Of a stretch of 64,000 bases of DNA, positions 9,752 through 18,515 are shown piece by piece; position 1 is the stretch's first letter, and every line of letters begins with the position of its first letter. This stretch comes from Epithemia pelagica (taxonomy: Eukaryota > Protista > Bacillariophyta), in NCBI GenBank assembly GCA_946965045.2, contig OX337237.1, positions 2,542,001 to 2,606,000 of the forward strand. The letters are read 5' to 3'. The notes under the pieces were generated by a model, which did no database searches, was not told the origin of the DNA, and saw nothing but the letters and a program-made list of their open reading frames with translations. Made by a program: the position numbers and the translations under genes.

Positions 9752-12700
9752 ATGTCACGCCAAGAACAACCACAACCAGATGGCGCCCCATCCTCAACAG
9801 CGAGTGGCACGGGGAGATATGGACGCAATGGTGGCCGCGGACGCGGTCGAGGTAGAGGAGGACGTGGCTCAGGTGGCCAACAAGGAAATACAAAGTTCCA
9901 AGGGCAGGAACCGACCCTTAAAGACTGTATCTTCGATTATTCAGAAGACCCACAGTCCAAGCGGTATCTTCGGAACGTCGAACACTTGATTGGTTATGTT
10001 GGGACAACGTTCAAGCGGTACAATCTCCAATTCCAGCAAGCCCTGGAGAATCTTGAGTTACCACCACCTGATGAAGTTGTGCCTCCCAAGGATACGACCA
10101 ACACCATCAAGGTCGAAGAATGGAAGATGAAATACAAGATGAGAGAAGAACAATTGATAGAATATCAAAACTTTCGTGCCTCCCTCTATAGCCTCATCCT
10201 GGGTCAGTGCACCCAGTTGATGAAGGATAAATTGCAGGCCAAAGCAGAGTTCGACGCAGTAAAGAAATCAAGAGATGGAATCGAATTGCTCAAGTTAATC
10301 AAACGGACCACATTCACCTACGATTCAGGGCGGATTTATGCTCTGGTGGGCCGTGACAAACTCAAGGAAGAATTCTACGGGTTGAAACGAAGACAGAATC
10401 AAAGCATTCAAAGCTACTACGAGCTTTTTCGTGCGAAAGCCAAGGTAATAGAGGAGCTTGGCATTCTCCTCTATGATGATGACCTTGCACAACAAATTGC
10501 AACAGACAACAGACACACAACGGGGCCCACCGAAGAAGACAAGGAAGAAGCACAACAACGTTGCATCGCCATTCGATTCATTCGCTCATGTGGGGCAAGG
10601 GAGTATGAAACCCATTTACAAAATACGTTTTTGGACGGACCGAACCATTATCCGAAGACCCTCGCCGATGCCCGAGCCATTATCGACAACCGACTGTCAG
10701 GCCATCGCAGTGGGCACGGGCAGCAACCGGTACAAGAAAGTAATGCCACCGGACTGGCTTACCATGCCAGAGAAAGCACCAACAATGGCGACGACGATAC
10801 ATCAAGTCTGACAGGAGCCACATTGAACACAACAGGACATCAGAGTGGAGCAGCCAACAATGATGGAGCACAGCGCAATCCTCCGAACACAAACGGTACA
10901 GTGACGGTTAACAGACAGCAAACAGAGCTGTCAGCAAATTCTCACCACTTCTCTTTCGCGTCCTCCTGTTTTCAGCCTCGTAACCTATCCAAAGAATGGC
11001 TCCTCCTTGATAACCAATCTACTGTGGATATCATTCACAGTGGACACCTTCTACAAAACATACACACAGCCACTACTCCCATCACCATCACAAGTCATGC
11101 CGGGGAGAGACAACTTACACAACAAGGATTGTTTCCTGGCTATGGGATAGTATGGTATGATCCCGAAGGATCAGCCAACATTCTATCTTTGACCAACGCT
11201 CAACACCGATTTCGAATCCACTACGACAGCCACGACGGCAACACCTTTCAACTCTTGGACCCTGCTACGGGCAGACTCAAGCACAAGTTTACTCAGAGCC
11301 CACAAGGTCTTTACTACATGCATCTCGACTCCCTACAAGGTAGTAGTTTCGTAACTACGGTTAACGATAACGAAACTCATTACACTGCCAACGAGATCAG
11401 TAGGGCCAAGGGCGTACGTGCATTACAAGCTAAGATAGGGCGCCCTTCCACAAGGGATCTCATCTATATCCTCAACCACAAGCTCATCCCCAACGCTCCT
11501 TTCACCAGCGACGATGCGAGAAGGGCAGAGCTCATCTATGGCCCTGATCTGGGATCGTTAAAAGGAAAAACGACCAGAAGGCGTCCACCAGTTGTGGACA
11601 CCACAGAAACAGTACCACCACGCCTCGCGGAAAAACATAAAGACGTCACGATTGCTTTGGATGTGATGCATATCAACAACATCTCCTTTTTGGTTACAAC
11701 CTCACGCGTGTTTCGGTTCTCCACCATGGATGCCATCAAGGATAAAGAAGAGGACACGCTGATTCGATCGATCAGAAAGACATTGTCCGTGTTTCGTCGT
11801 GGCGGTCTGCGACCCAGGTTTATTATGGCCGATGGAGCGTTTGCAAGTGACGGAATGGAAATGAGTATGGGAAACTTAGGAGTGAAATTAAACACCACGG
11901 CCCGCGATGAACATGTGGGACTGATCGAACGGCACATACGAACTGTGAAGGAACGAATCAGGAGTGTTTATGCAACTTTGCCGTTCCCGACTCTGCCAAA
12001 GATTATGCTGATCGAACTGGCTAAATTTGCCACCTTCTGGCTCAATAGCCTCCCAACACAGAATCATGAGTTGTCAACTACTATGAGCGCCAGAGAACTT
12101 GTCACAGGCGAAACGCTTGATTTTAATCGGCACTGCCGGTTTGAGTTCGGAGAGTACGTACAATGCCATGAGGAGCATGATAATACCATGGCTCCCCGCA
12201 CGGTGGGGGCACTTGCATTACGTCCAACAGGCAATAGGCAAGGAAGTTATTACTTCCTGAGCCTCGAGAGTGGTCGTGTCATTACTCGGAACCATGCCAC
12301 CAAATTACCAATGCCGAAAGAAGTGATCCAGCGGGTAGCACAATTGGCAGCTTCCCAAGATATGCAGCCTGGTCTTGCTTTCGGAAACCGAGATAACCGA
12401 ATTCTCATGTTAGATGATGATAATCCCCTCCTGGAGGACGATGACAGTGTGTATACGCACGTGGAGGAGGAAGACGACGATCTCCGCTATGATGAAGATG
12501 TGGTTGATCATGAACTGGAAGACGAGCCAGATCCAAACGGTCCACCGATGGAATGGGACCAAAATGGTGTTGAAAACCAGGAAAACCAAGGAGTGAATGA
12601 TCCAGCTGGTGGTTTCGACAACGGTGACGGTGAGATGGAACCTGTGGAACAGGGAATCATGGAGGAGCCAATGGAGGGAGAGGCAGGGAATGTGGAGGAA

Positions 12701-14857
12701 TTGATGGAAGGGGGGGAACAAGACAATAATGACAATAATGATATTGTTGTGGCCGAAGAAGATATCCAAAACAACAACTTTGAAGAAGTGATTGATATGC
12801 CGGACGACGAGGAGATGGAGATTGTCTTCGAGCCTGCAAACGACGATGAAGACACAGCAAATGACAACGAGAACCCGAATGAGGGTGACAATAACAATCA
12901 ACGATACAACCTGCGCCCAAATCGTGAGCGCAGTTACGCGCATCGATTTGGTCACACATTCGCATGTGTTGACAGCCTCGAACCGAAACAGCGCTACGAT
13001 GGATACTTGCTCCGCGGAGTGTTATATCTCATTGAGGCAGAGACAAACCTAGCAACCCCACAGATGTCTATGAGGCTAGGGATCAAGATGTTCGGCAACA
13101 AAGGAAGAGAAGCCGTTAAAAAGGAAATAAAACAGCTGCATGACCGAGGGGTTTTACGAGCCGTCCACAAAGCCGACTTATCGTGGGAACAAATTAAGCA
13201 AGCACTGAACTACCTGATGTTTTTAAAACGCAAGAGATGTGGAAAAGTAAAAGGTCGGGGGTGTGCTGACGGGCGTAAACAACGAGGTTTTGTCCCGAAG
13301 GAAGATGCCGCTTCACCCACCGTTTCGACAGAAGCAGTTTTCATAACGGCAGTCGTGGATGCCGTGGAGCGACGCTATGTTGTCATAGCAGATATCCCAG
13401 GCGCGTTTATGCATTCCGATATGGATCCAAATGTCCATATGCGTATCGAGGGCTTAATGGCAGAATTGCTCTTGGAAGTAGACTACGAAATGTACAGCAA
13501 ATATGTGGTCTACGAATACAACAAACCAGTCATCTATGTGGAAATGTTAAAAGCTTTGTACGGCACCCTCAGGGCTGCTCGTCTCTTCTGGATCAAGTTG
13601 AGTGGGGTCCTGCAGAGTTGGGGATACATCATCAACCCCTACGATCACTGCGTAGCAAACAAGATCATCAACGGAAAGCAATGCACCGTAACCTGGCACA
13701 TTGATGATTTGAAAATCTCACATGAGGACCCGGCGGTTGTTGAGTCGTTCTTAACCGATCTACAGGCTGAGTTCGGATCTTTGGGAGACATCTCGGTTTC
13801 CCGCGGAAAGCGCCATGATTATCTGGGGATGTTTCTCGATTTCTCCGAGGACGGGATTCTTCAAGTCGACATGCGCCCATACTTACAAACAATCTTTGCT
13901 AACATGCCATCCGAGATGGTTGGCAAAGCCCAAACGCCAGCTGCAAATCACCTGTATCATGTGAACAATGAAGCAACAAAACTCAATGAGCAGGATGCAG
14001 AGCGTTTTCACAGTATCACGATGCAGTTAGCGTACCTAGCACACCGCGGTCGGCCCGATATTCGAACTGCTGTCGCCTTCCTGTCCACCCGAGTGGCCCA
14101 ACCTGATGAAGACGATTATCGGAAGTTGTCACGAGTGTTGAAATATTTGCAAACCACCGTGGATCTGGTTCTTCGCTTACAAGGTGCAGCTGAGTGGATC
14201 ATAAGATGGTGGGTAGATGCATCATATGCGGTACACCCCAACACCAAAGGACATACGGGTGGATTCATGAGCCTTGGCAAAGGAACAGTGATCGGCTTTT
14301 CAGCCAAACAAAAGTTAGTTGCAAGAAGTTCCACCGAATGCGAGTTAATTGGCATTCACGACGTGATGCCATCACTCATCTGGAGTAAGAAGTTTATGGA
14401 GGCCCAAGGATTGAATGTGCAGGATGTTATACTGCATCAAGATAATCAGAGCAGCATCCTCTTAGCCAAGAACGGTCGACTGTCCAGCTCCAAACGAACG
14501 AAGCACATTGATGTTCGCTATTTCTTTGTGACAGACCGCATCAAGAACAAAGAGTTGAGTGTGGAGTTCTGTCCTACAGAACAAATGATAGCGGATTTCT
14601 TTACGAAACCGCTTCAGGGTCGCCTCTTTTACCAACTACGGGACCTGATCATGAATATTGCTCCTCACGATAAACATCATTCGTCCCATAGGAGTGTGTT
14701 GAAGGATGTCCCGTCATCGGTCGCGGAGGCGGATGCAACTGCGACCAAGGATACGTCGCCTGGAGCACCAGATGGAGTCGAATGGATGGAAGCTGAACGA
14801 CGTGGCAAGCAATCGAAGAAAAAGAGCCAGAGAGCTCATTCTAAGGAGAATACGTAA
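9752..14857 (+). CDS. Gag-Pol polyprotein (1701 aa from ATG 9752)
   Basis: RGG tract; protease WLLLDNQSTVD; integrase ALDVMH/MADGAF/EHVGLIER; RT DIPGAFMH, KALYG, WHIDDLK; RNase H WVDASY, STECEL, DNQS, KHIDVR, ADFFTKPL. The stop lies inside the 3' LTR. Confidence 0.96.
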   Translation: MSRQEQPQPDGAPSSTASGTGRYGRNGGRGRGRGRGGRGSGGQQGNTKFQGQEPTLKDCIFDYSEDPQSKRYLRNVEHLIGYVGTTFKRYNLQFQQALENLELPPPDEVVPPKDTTNTIKVEEWKMKYKMREEQLIEYQNFRASLYSLILGQCTQLMKDKLQAKAEFDAVKKSRDGIELLKLIKRTTFTYDSGRIYALVGRDKLKEEFYGLKRRQNQSIQSYYELFRAKAKVIEELGILLYDDDLAQQIATDNRHTTGPTEEDKEEAQQRCIAIRFIRSCGAREYETHLQNTFLDGPNHYPKTLADARAIIDNRLSGHRSGHGQQPVQESNATGLAYHARESTNNGDDDTSSLTGATLNTTGHQSGAANNDGAQRNPPNTNGTVTVNRQQTELSANSHHFSFASSCFQPRNLSKEWLLLDNQSTVDIIHSGHLLQNIHTATTPITITSHAGERQLTQQGLFPGYGIVWYDPEGSANILSLTNAQHRFRIHYDSHDGNTFQLLDPATGRLKHKFTQSPQGLYYMHLDSLQGSSFVTTVNDNETHYTANEISRAKGVRALQAKIGRPSTRDLIYILNHKLIPNAPFTSDDARRAELIYGPDLGSLKGKTTRRRPPVVDTTETVPPRLAEKHKDVTIALDVMHINNISFLVTTSRVFRFSTMDAIKDKEEDTLIRSIRKTLSVFRRGGLRPRFIMADGAFASDGMEMSMGNLGVKLNTTARDEHVGLIERHIRTVKERIRSVYATLPFPTLPKIMLIELAKFATFWLNSLPTQNHELSTTMSARELVTGETLDFNRHCRFEFGEYVQCHEEHDNTMAPRTVGALALRPTGNRQGSYYFLSLESGRVITRNHATKLPMPKEVIQRVAQLAASQDMQPGLAFGNRDNRILMLDDDNPLLEDDDSVYTHVEEEDDDLRYDEDVVDHELEDEPDPNGPPMEWDQNGVENQENQGVNDPAGGFDNGDGEMEPVEQGIMEEPMEGEAGNVEELMEGGEQDNNDNNDIVVAEEDIQNNNFEEVIDMPDDEEMEIVFEPANDDEDTANDNENPNEGDNNNQRYNLRPNRERSYAHRFGHTFACVDSLEPKQRYDGYLLRGVLYLIEAETNLATPQMSMRLGIKMFGNKGREAVKKEIKQLHDRGVLRAVHKADLSWEQIKQALNYLMFLKRKRCGKVKGRGCADGRKQRGFVPKEDAASPTVSTEAVFITAVVDAVERRYVVIADIPGAFMHSDMDPNVHMRIEGLMAELLLEVDYEMYSKYVVYEYNKPVIYVEMLKALYGTLRAARLFWIKLSGVLQSWGYIINPYDHCVANKIINGKQCTVTWHIDDLKISHEDPAVVESFLTDLQAEFGSLGDISVSRGKRHDYLGMFLDFSEDGILQVDMRPYLQTIFANMPSEMVGKAQTPAANHLYHVNNEATKLNEQDAERFHSITMQLAYLAHRGRPDIRTAVAFLSTRVAQPDEDDYRKLSRVLKYLQTTVDLVLRLQGAAEWIIRWWVDASYAVHPNTKGHTGGFMSLGKGTVIGFSAKQKLVARSSTECELIGIHDVMPSLIWSKKFMEAQGLNVQDVILHQDNQSSILLAKNGRLSSSKRTKHIDVRYFFVTDRIKNKELSVEFCPTEQMIADFFTKPLQGRLFYQLRDLIMNIAPHDKHHSSHRSVLKDVPSSVAEADATATKDTSPGAPDGVEWMEAERRGKQSKKKSQRAHSKENT

Positions 14858-14907
14858 CTTGTAATCGATTGTTGCCTTTACAGCACAGTTGTTAATAGGT
14901 TTCAACA
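14697..14907 (+). repeat. 3' LTR, preceded by a short PPT-like ataggagtg (14688-14696)
   Basis: Matches the 5' LTR and is followed by the CACAT TSD. Confidence 0.97.
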
Positions 14908-14959
14908 CACATATCCTCTTTTCTCTCTTCCGAACAGACGTGTAGATTGTAGATCCATC

Positions 14960-17900
14960 ATGTATTCCCTTGTTGTCGTCCGACGCAACAATCACAGTGC
15001 CAGCATGCGTTCCCTCCCTTGCCGTGGTGGCAGCATCAAGTCCAGTGGTCCGAACCGGCGTTCGTTTGAGGGACGACGACAGCCACGGTGGTTGTGTTGG
15101 GTTGTCCTCCTAATGGGTTGTTATTGTTGGTTGTCGGTTTCGGCCATGGGTGTAGAGGCAGCCTCCACGTCGTCCAGTTCCCTGCCATCGTCGACTCGTT
15201 TAAATACCAAGCTTGGTACTACGACAAACAAGACAAGGAAGAAGAAGAAGAAGAAGAAAACAAAGCGAACAACGAAACAAAAAACGACCTTGGACCAGGA
15301 AACGATTCCGGTTCCAGACGACGATTATGACGACAGCACGGACACTCTGGATTTGTCCTATCTTCACAATCTACCGGCCGAGAAACTGGCTGGTGCCATT
15401 CAAACCTACTGGAGTTGTATTGTCAACGAATCCTGGGACCATCACCGTGCGTGGCAAACCGTGGAAGTGGAATCGCCGCCCACCACCACTCGTGCTCCAA
15501 ACTCGACGAGGAGCCACCCAAATTCCACTACGGCACGAGTCGCTTTGCACCTGGCGCCCCCAATGACGGTCGATGTCAGTCATTCGGCCGTGGGAACGGT
15601 CGGATTCCAAACCATTGTCGAGGCCCTCTTCCCAACCCTTCCACCACCAGTACCACAACAACCACAACCAAATGGAACCACCCACGCATCACTGTCCCAA
15701 CCAGAAGAGAATTCCACATTGGAGGAAGCCCAGAAGGACGCTGCCAATGAGACTGTCACAAACACAACAACGCTGCCATCCACCGCGAAGGAGGAAACCA
15801 ATGCAACCAACGTTTTGTTGGATACTTGTGTTTCTTCTTCTCCAACCACCAGGAGGATACTACTACAACCCATGAATGTCTTATGTCGCATGAATGATTT
15901 GACACCTGGTTCCATCAAGATGTTGTTGCAACGCTACGTGCAATGTCACGAAGCTGCAGCGGACGCAGCGGCTGCAGCCTCTTCTCCTCACCCGGATCCC
16001 TTCCTCGTATACTACTACTTGTCCTCGTTGGATGTGGGATGGAATCTCTTGGCCACGGATGAATTTTCCGCACAGGATCCCACCCACAATTTTCATTCCT
16101 TGTTGGAACACGTCCTGGCCCTGAATCCAGTGGCACCCTATACCACAACCACAAGTGAAACAACAACAACGCAACCCATTTCCCACCAACCATCCACCCA
16201 CCAGGAGCAGCCACCACCACCATTTGCCCCCTTTCTGACACGACTGGCCATGGAACATTGTGGGTTGGGACCCGAAACCTGCCGTGCCGTGGCCAAGGGA
16301 TTGCTGGCTCGACATGGAGTCCATGTCCAAGATGACGATGACGACGACGACAATGACAAGGGTGCCAACCAACGTCGCAGCACTCGCCCCAAACGGACCA
16401 AGAAACCATCGAATTTGTCGTCATTGTCGTCGTCGTCATCATTGCCACCACCACCGCCCTTATCTCTCCATTTGGCCGGCAATCGATGGATTGGCGATAG
16501 TGGTACAGCGGCCTTGGCTGCCGCACTGCGTCGACTCGCTCTGCTGCAACTACAACCCAGCAATGACGACGACGAGAGTCCATCCAAGATGGACGTCAAC
16601 AACAGCAACAACAAGAAAACGGATGTACCACCAGTGATTTTGGATACCTTGGACTTGTCCGATTGTGGTATTACCGACGTGGGAGCACAAGCGTTGGCAT
16701 TGGCACTGGAAGAAGAGGGAGGAGGAGGTCTGGTCCGTCATTTGATTTTGAGTCACAATCAAATTACCCATGAAGGTGCCACCGCTCTGGGACGGGCCTT
16801 GATCTTGTCGTCATCATCATTGTCGTCATCGTCATTGTCGTCATCATGTCCTCTACCACACTGTCTGGATTTGAGCAACAATCCCATTGGTGATCAAGGA
16901 GGGATCGCCTTGGCAGCCTTGTACCAACAGGGTTCTTTGCCTCGATTGATTTTGCGAAGTTGTCATATCATGGCCACGGGTGCCACGGCCTTTGGAAAGG
17001 CTCTTTCGACACTGGTGGCATCCTCTTCTTCTTCTTCTTTGTCACCATTGCCGCCACAATTGTATCAGTTGGATTTGAGTGGCAATCCACTCGGTCGATT
17101 GCGGGGCAAAATGAAATCGTCGTCTAGTAGTGGTGGTAAGTACTCGGCCAGTCGCCTCAAGAGTACCGCCACCGCAACGGCGCAGTCCTACATGAATCGT
17201 CTCAAGGAGGGATTCAAACAATTCCAAGATGGAGCAAGTACAAGTTCGTCGGGGGACAGTGATGACGAAGAAGAAGAACAAGACGAAGCGGCTCTCGACG
17301 GCGAGGCAACCCAATATGGTGGTGACAAATCGTCCAAAGAACCGAAACGATGTGGTATCCGCGCCCTGGTCAATGCCTTTTTGGATCAGAATGCCAAAAC
17401 CGCCAACGACCATGCCCCAGACAACAAAAGTGGCCTTGGAGAATCGCCAAAGTTTCAAATTGGATTTCGTCATTGCTTTTTGGATCATGGAGCTGCCGAT
17501 GCCTTGGCGGCCTTGATTGTGGAGGCACGACAAGAGTATACGAGTGACATTGCCGTGGATGTCGCTCTGAATCCCATACTGGAAGATGATATGGTGACTG
17601 CCCTGGAGGAGGAAACTTCCAGTCGTGGGGACGATGAGGTTCGTTTGGAAATGGCGGAACGGTATATGGATCAATGGCACACCATTCAAGAATCCAAACA
17701 ACGTGCCGCCGAGGCACGCGCTCGAGCCCGTGCCCAGATCCTCCATGCCGACGAATCGAGGGATCGGTGGGGCCAGTACGATAATGATGATGATGAGGAA
17801 GAGGAGGAGGAAGAAGAAGAAGAAGACAATGGTTCTGACGTGGATGAAAATGATCAAGATGACAATGATTCTTTCCGCAATTCTGGCAGACGGTGTAGGA

Positions 17901-18061
17901 AACGAGACCGACAGGTAGGTTGGGGCTTCGACAGCGACGACGAAGAAGAAGAAGAAGAAGAAGAAGAAGAAGAAGAAGAAGAAGAAGAAGAAGAAGAAGA
18001 AGAGAGAGAAGCTGACGATTTGGAGGACAATTGGGACGACGACGATTATGATTCCTTTTGA
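14960..18061 (+). CDS. RNI-type leucine-rich repeat protein with N-terminal hydrophobic segment and acidic tail
   Basis: LDLSDCGITDVGAQALALAL, LILSHNQITHEGATALGRAL, LDLSNNPIGDQGGIALA; 1033-aa open frame; start codon uncertain. Confidence 0.85.
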   Translation: MYSLVVVRRNNHSASMRSLPCRGGSIKSSGPNRRSFEGRRQPRWLCWVVLLMGCYCWLSVSAMGVEAASTSSSSLPSSTRLNTKLGTTTNKTRKKKKKKKTKRTTKQKTTLDQETIPVPDDDYDDSTDTLDLSYLHNLPAEKLAGAIQTYWSCIVNESWDHHRAWQTVEVESPPTTTRAPNSTRSHPNSTTARVALHLAPPMTVDVSHSAVGTVGFQTIVEALFPTLPPPVPQQPQPNGTTHASLSQPEENSTLEEAQKDAANETVTNTTTLPSTAKEETNATNVLLDTCVSSSPTTRRILLQPMNVLCRMNDLTPGSIKMLLQRYVQCHEAAADAAAAASSPHPDPFLVYYYLSSLDVGWNLLATDEFSAQDPTHNFHSLLEHVLALNPVAPYTTTTSETTTTQPISHQPSTHQEQPPPPFAPFLTRLAMEHCGLGPETCRAVAKGLLARHGVHVQDDDDDDDNDKGANQRRSTRPKRTKKPSNLSSLSSSSSLPPPPPLSLHLAGNRWIGDSGTAALAAALRRLALLQLQPSNDDDESPSKMDVNNSNNKKTDVPPVILDTLDLSDCGITDVGAQALALALEEEGGGGLVRHLILSHNQITHEGATALGRALILSSSSLSSSSLSSSCPLPHCLDLSNNPIGDQGGIALAALYQQGSLPRLILRSCHIMATGATAFGKALSTLVASSSSSSLSPLPPQLYQLDLSGNPLGRLRGKMKSSSSSGGKYSASRLKSTATATAQSYMNRLKEGFKQFQDGASTSSSGDSDDEEEEQDEAALDGEATQYGGDKSSKEPKRCGIRALVNAFLDQNAKTANDHAPDNKSGLGESPKFQIGFRHCFLDHGAADALAALIVEARQEYTSDIAVDVALNPILEDDMVTALEEETSSRGDDEVRLEMAERYMDQWHTIQESKQRAAEARARARAQILHADESRDRWGQYDNDDDEEEEEEEEEEDNGSDVDENDQDDNDSFRNSGRRCRKRDRQVGWGFDSDDEEEEEEEEEEEEEEEEEEEEEREADDLEDNWDDDDYDSF
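17942..18002 (+). repeat. (GAA)n microsatellite, ~20 units, encoding poly-Glu
   Basis: Directly visible tandem GAA run. Confidence 0.95.
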
Positions 18062-18515
18062 ACCTTCAGCGGAATCTTGATTCGTATTTGTAAGGGCAAA
18101 ATAGAGGAGGGATCGTATAAACGTCATACACTTTCTCGTGGATCGCAACTTGTAACTACTCCGACCTAGATCTAGCAACAGCACCAGATCAAGTGCTCAT
18201 CAACAGAAAAGGAATAGTTGGGTGGTGACTGGTGACTGTGGATTTATTTCATTTCAAAAGAGTCATTCCACGAAAGATGATGGAGTAAAAAGCCGACAAT
18301 GTCCGTGACCGAGACGCAATGGGACTTGACATACGACATCTGGTTTATGTTTATAAGCTTGCAAATGCACATCCATCAACACATGATGGTTTTCCTTGCA
18401 TTTTGTGTAGGCCTCCATTTCATATGGATGAATATTGATATCGCGAGAATGCAACAACAGATGAGCCTCATAGTTGGTTAACAGTTTTTCTTTTCGATGT
18501 CTTTTCTGGGTAGTC

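Larger units (their letters stand above)
8825..14907 (+). mobile_element. Full-length Ty1/copia (CoDi-type) LTR retrotransposon
   Basis: 211-bp LTRs with TGTTGAA...TTCAACA ends, CACAT TSD at 8820-8824 and 14908-14912, intact PR-IN-RT-RH order. Confidence 0.97.

Noticed and set aside
9900-11000. Expected CCHC zinc knuckle in Gag and HHCC in integrase
   Set aside because: Not found, but degenerate or absent motifs and the LDNQST protease site appear to be usual for this clade, so this was not counted as a novelty.
17042-18184. 380-aa minus-strand ORF with poly-Phe
   Set aside because: Antisense of the (GAA)n poly-Glu tract of the LRR gene.
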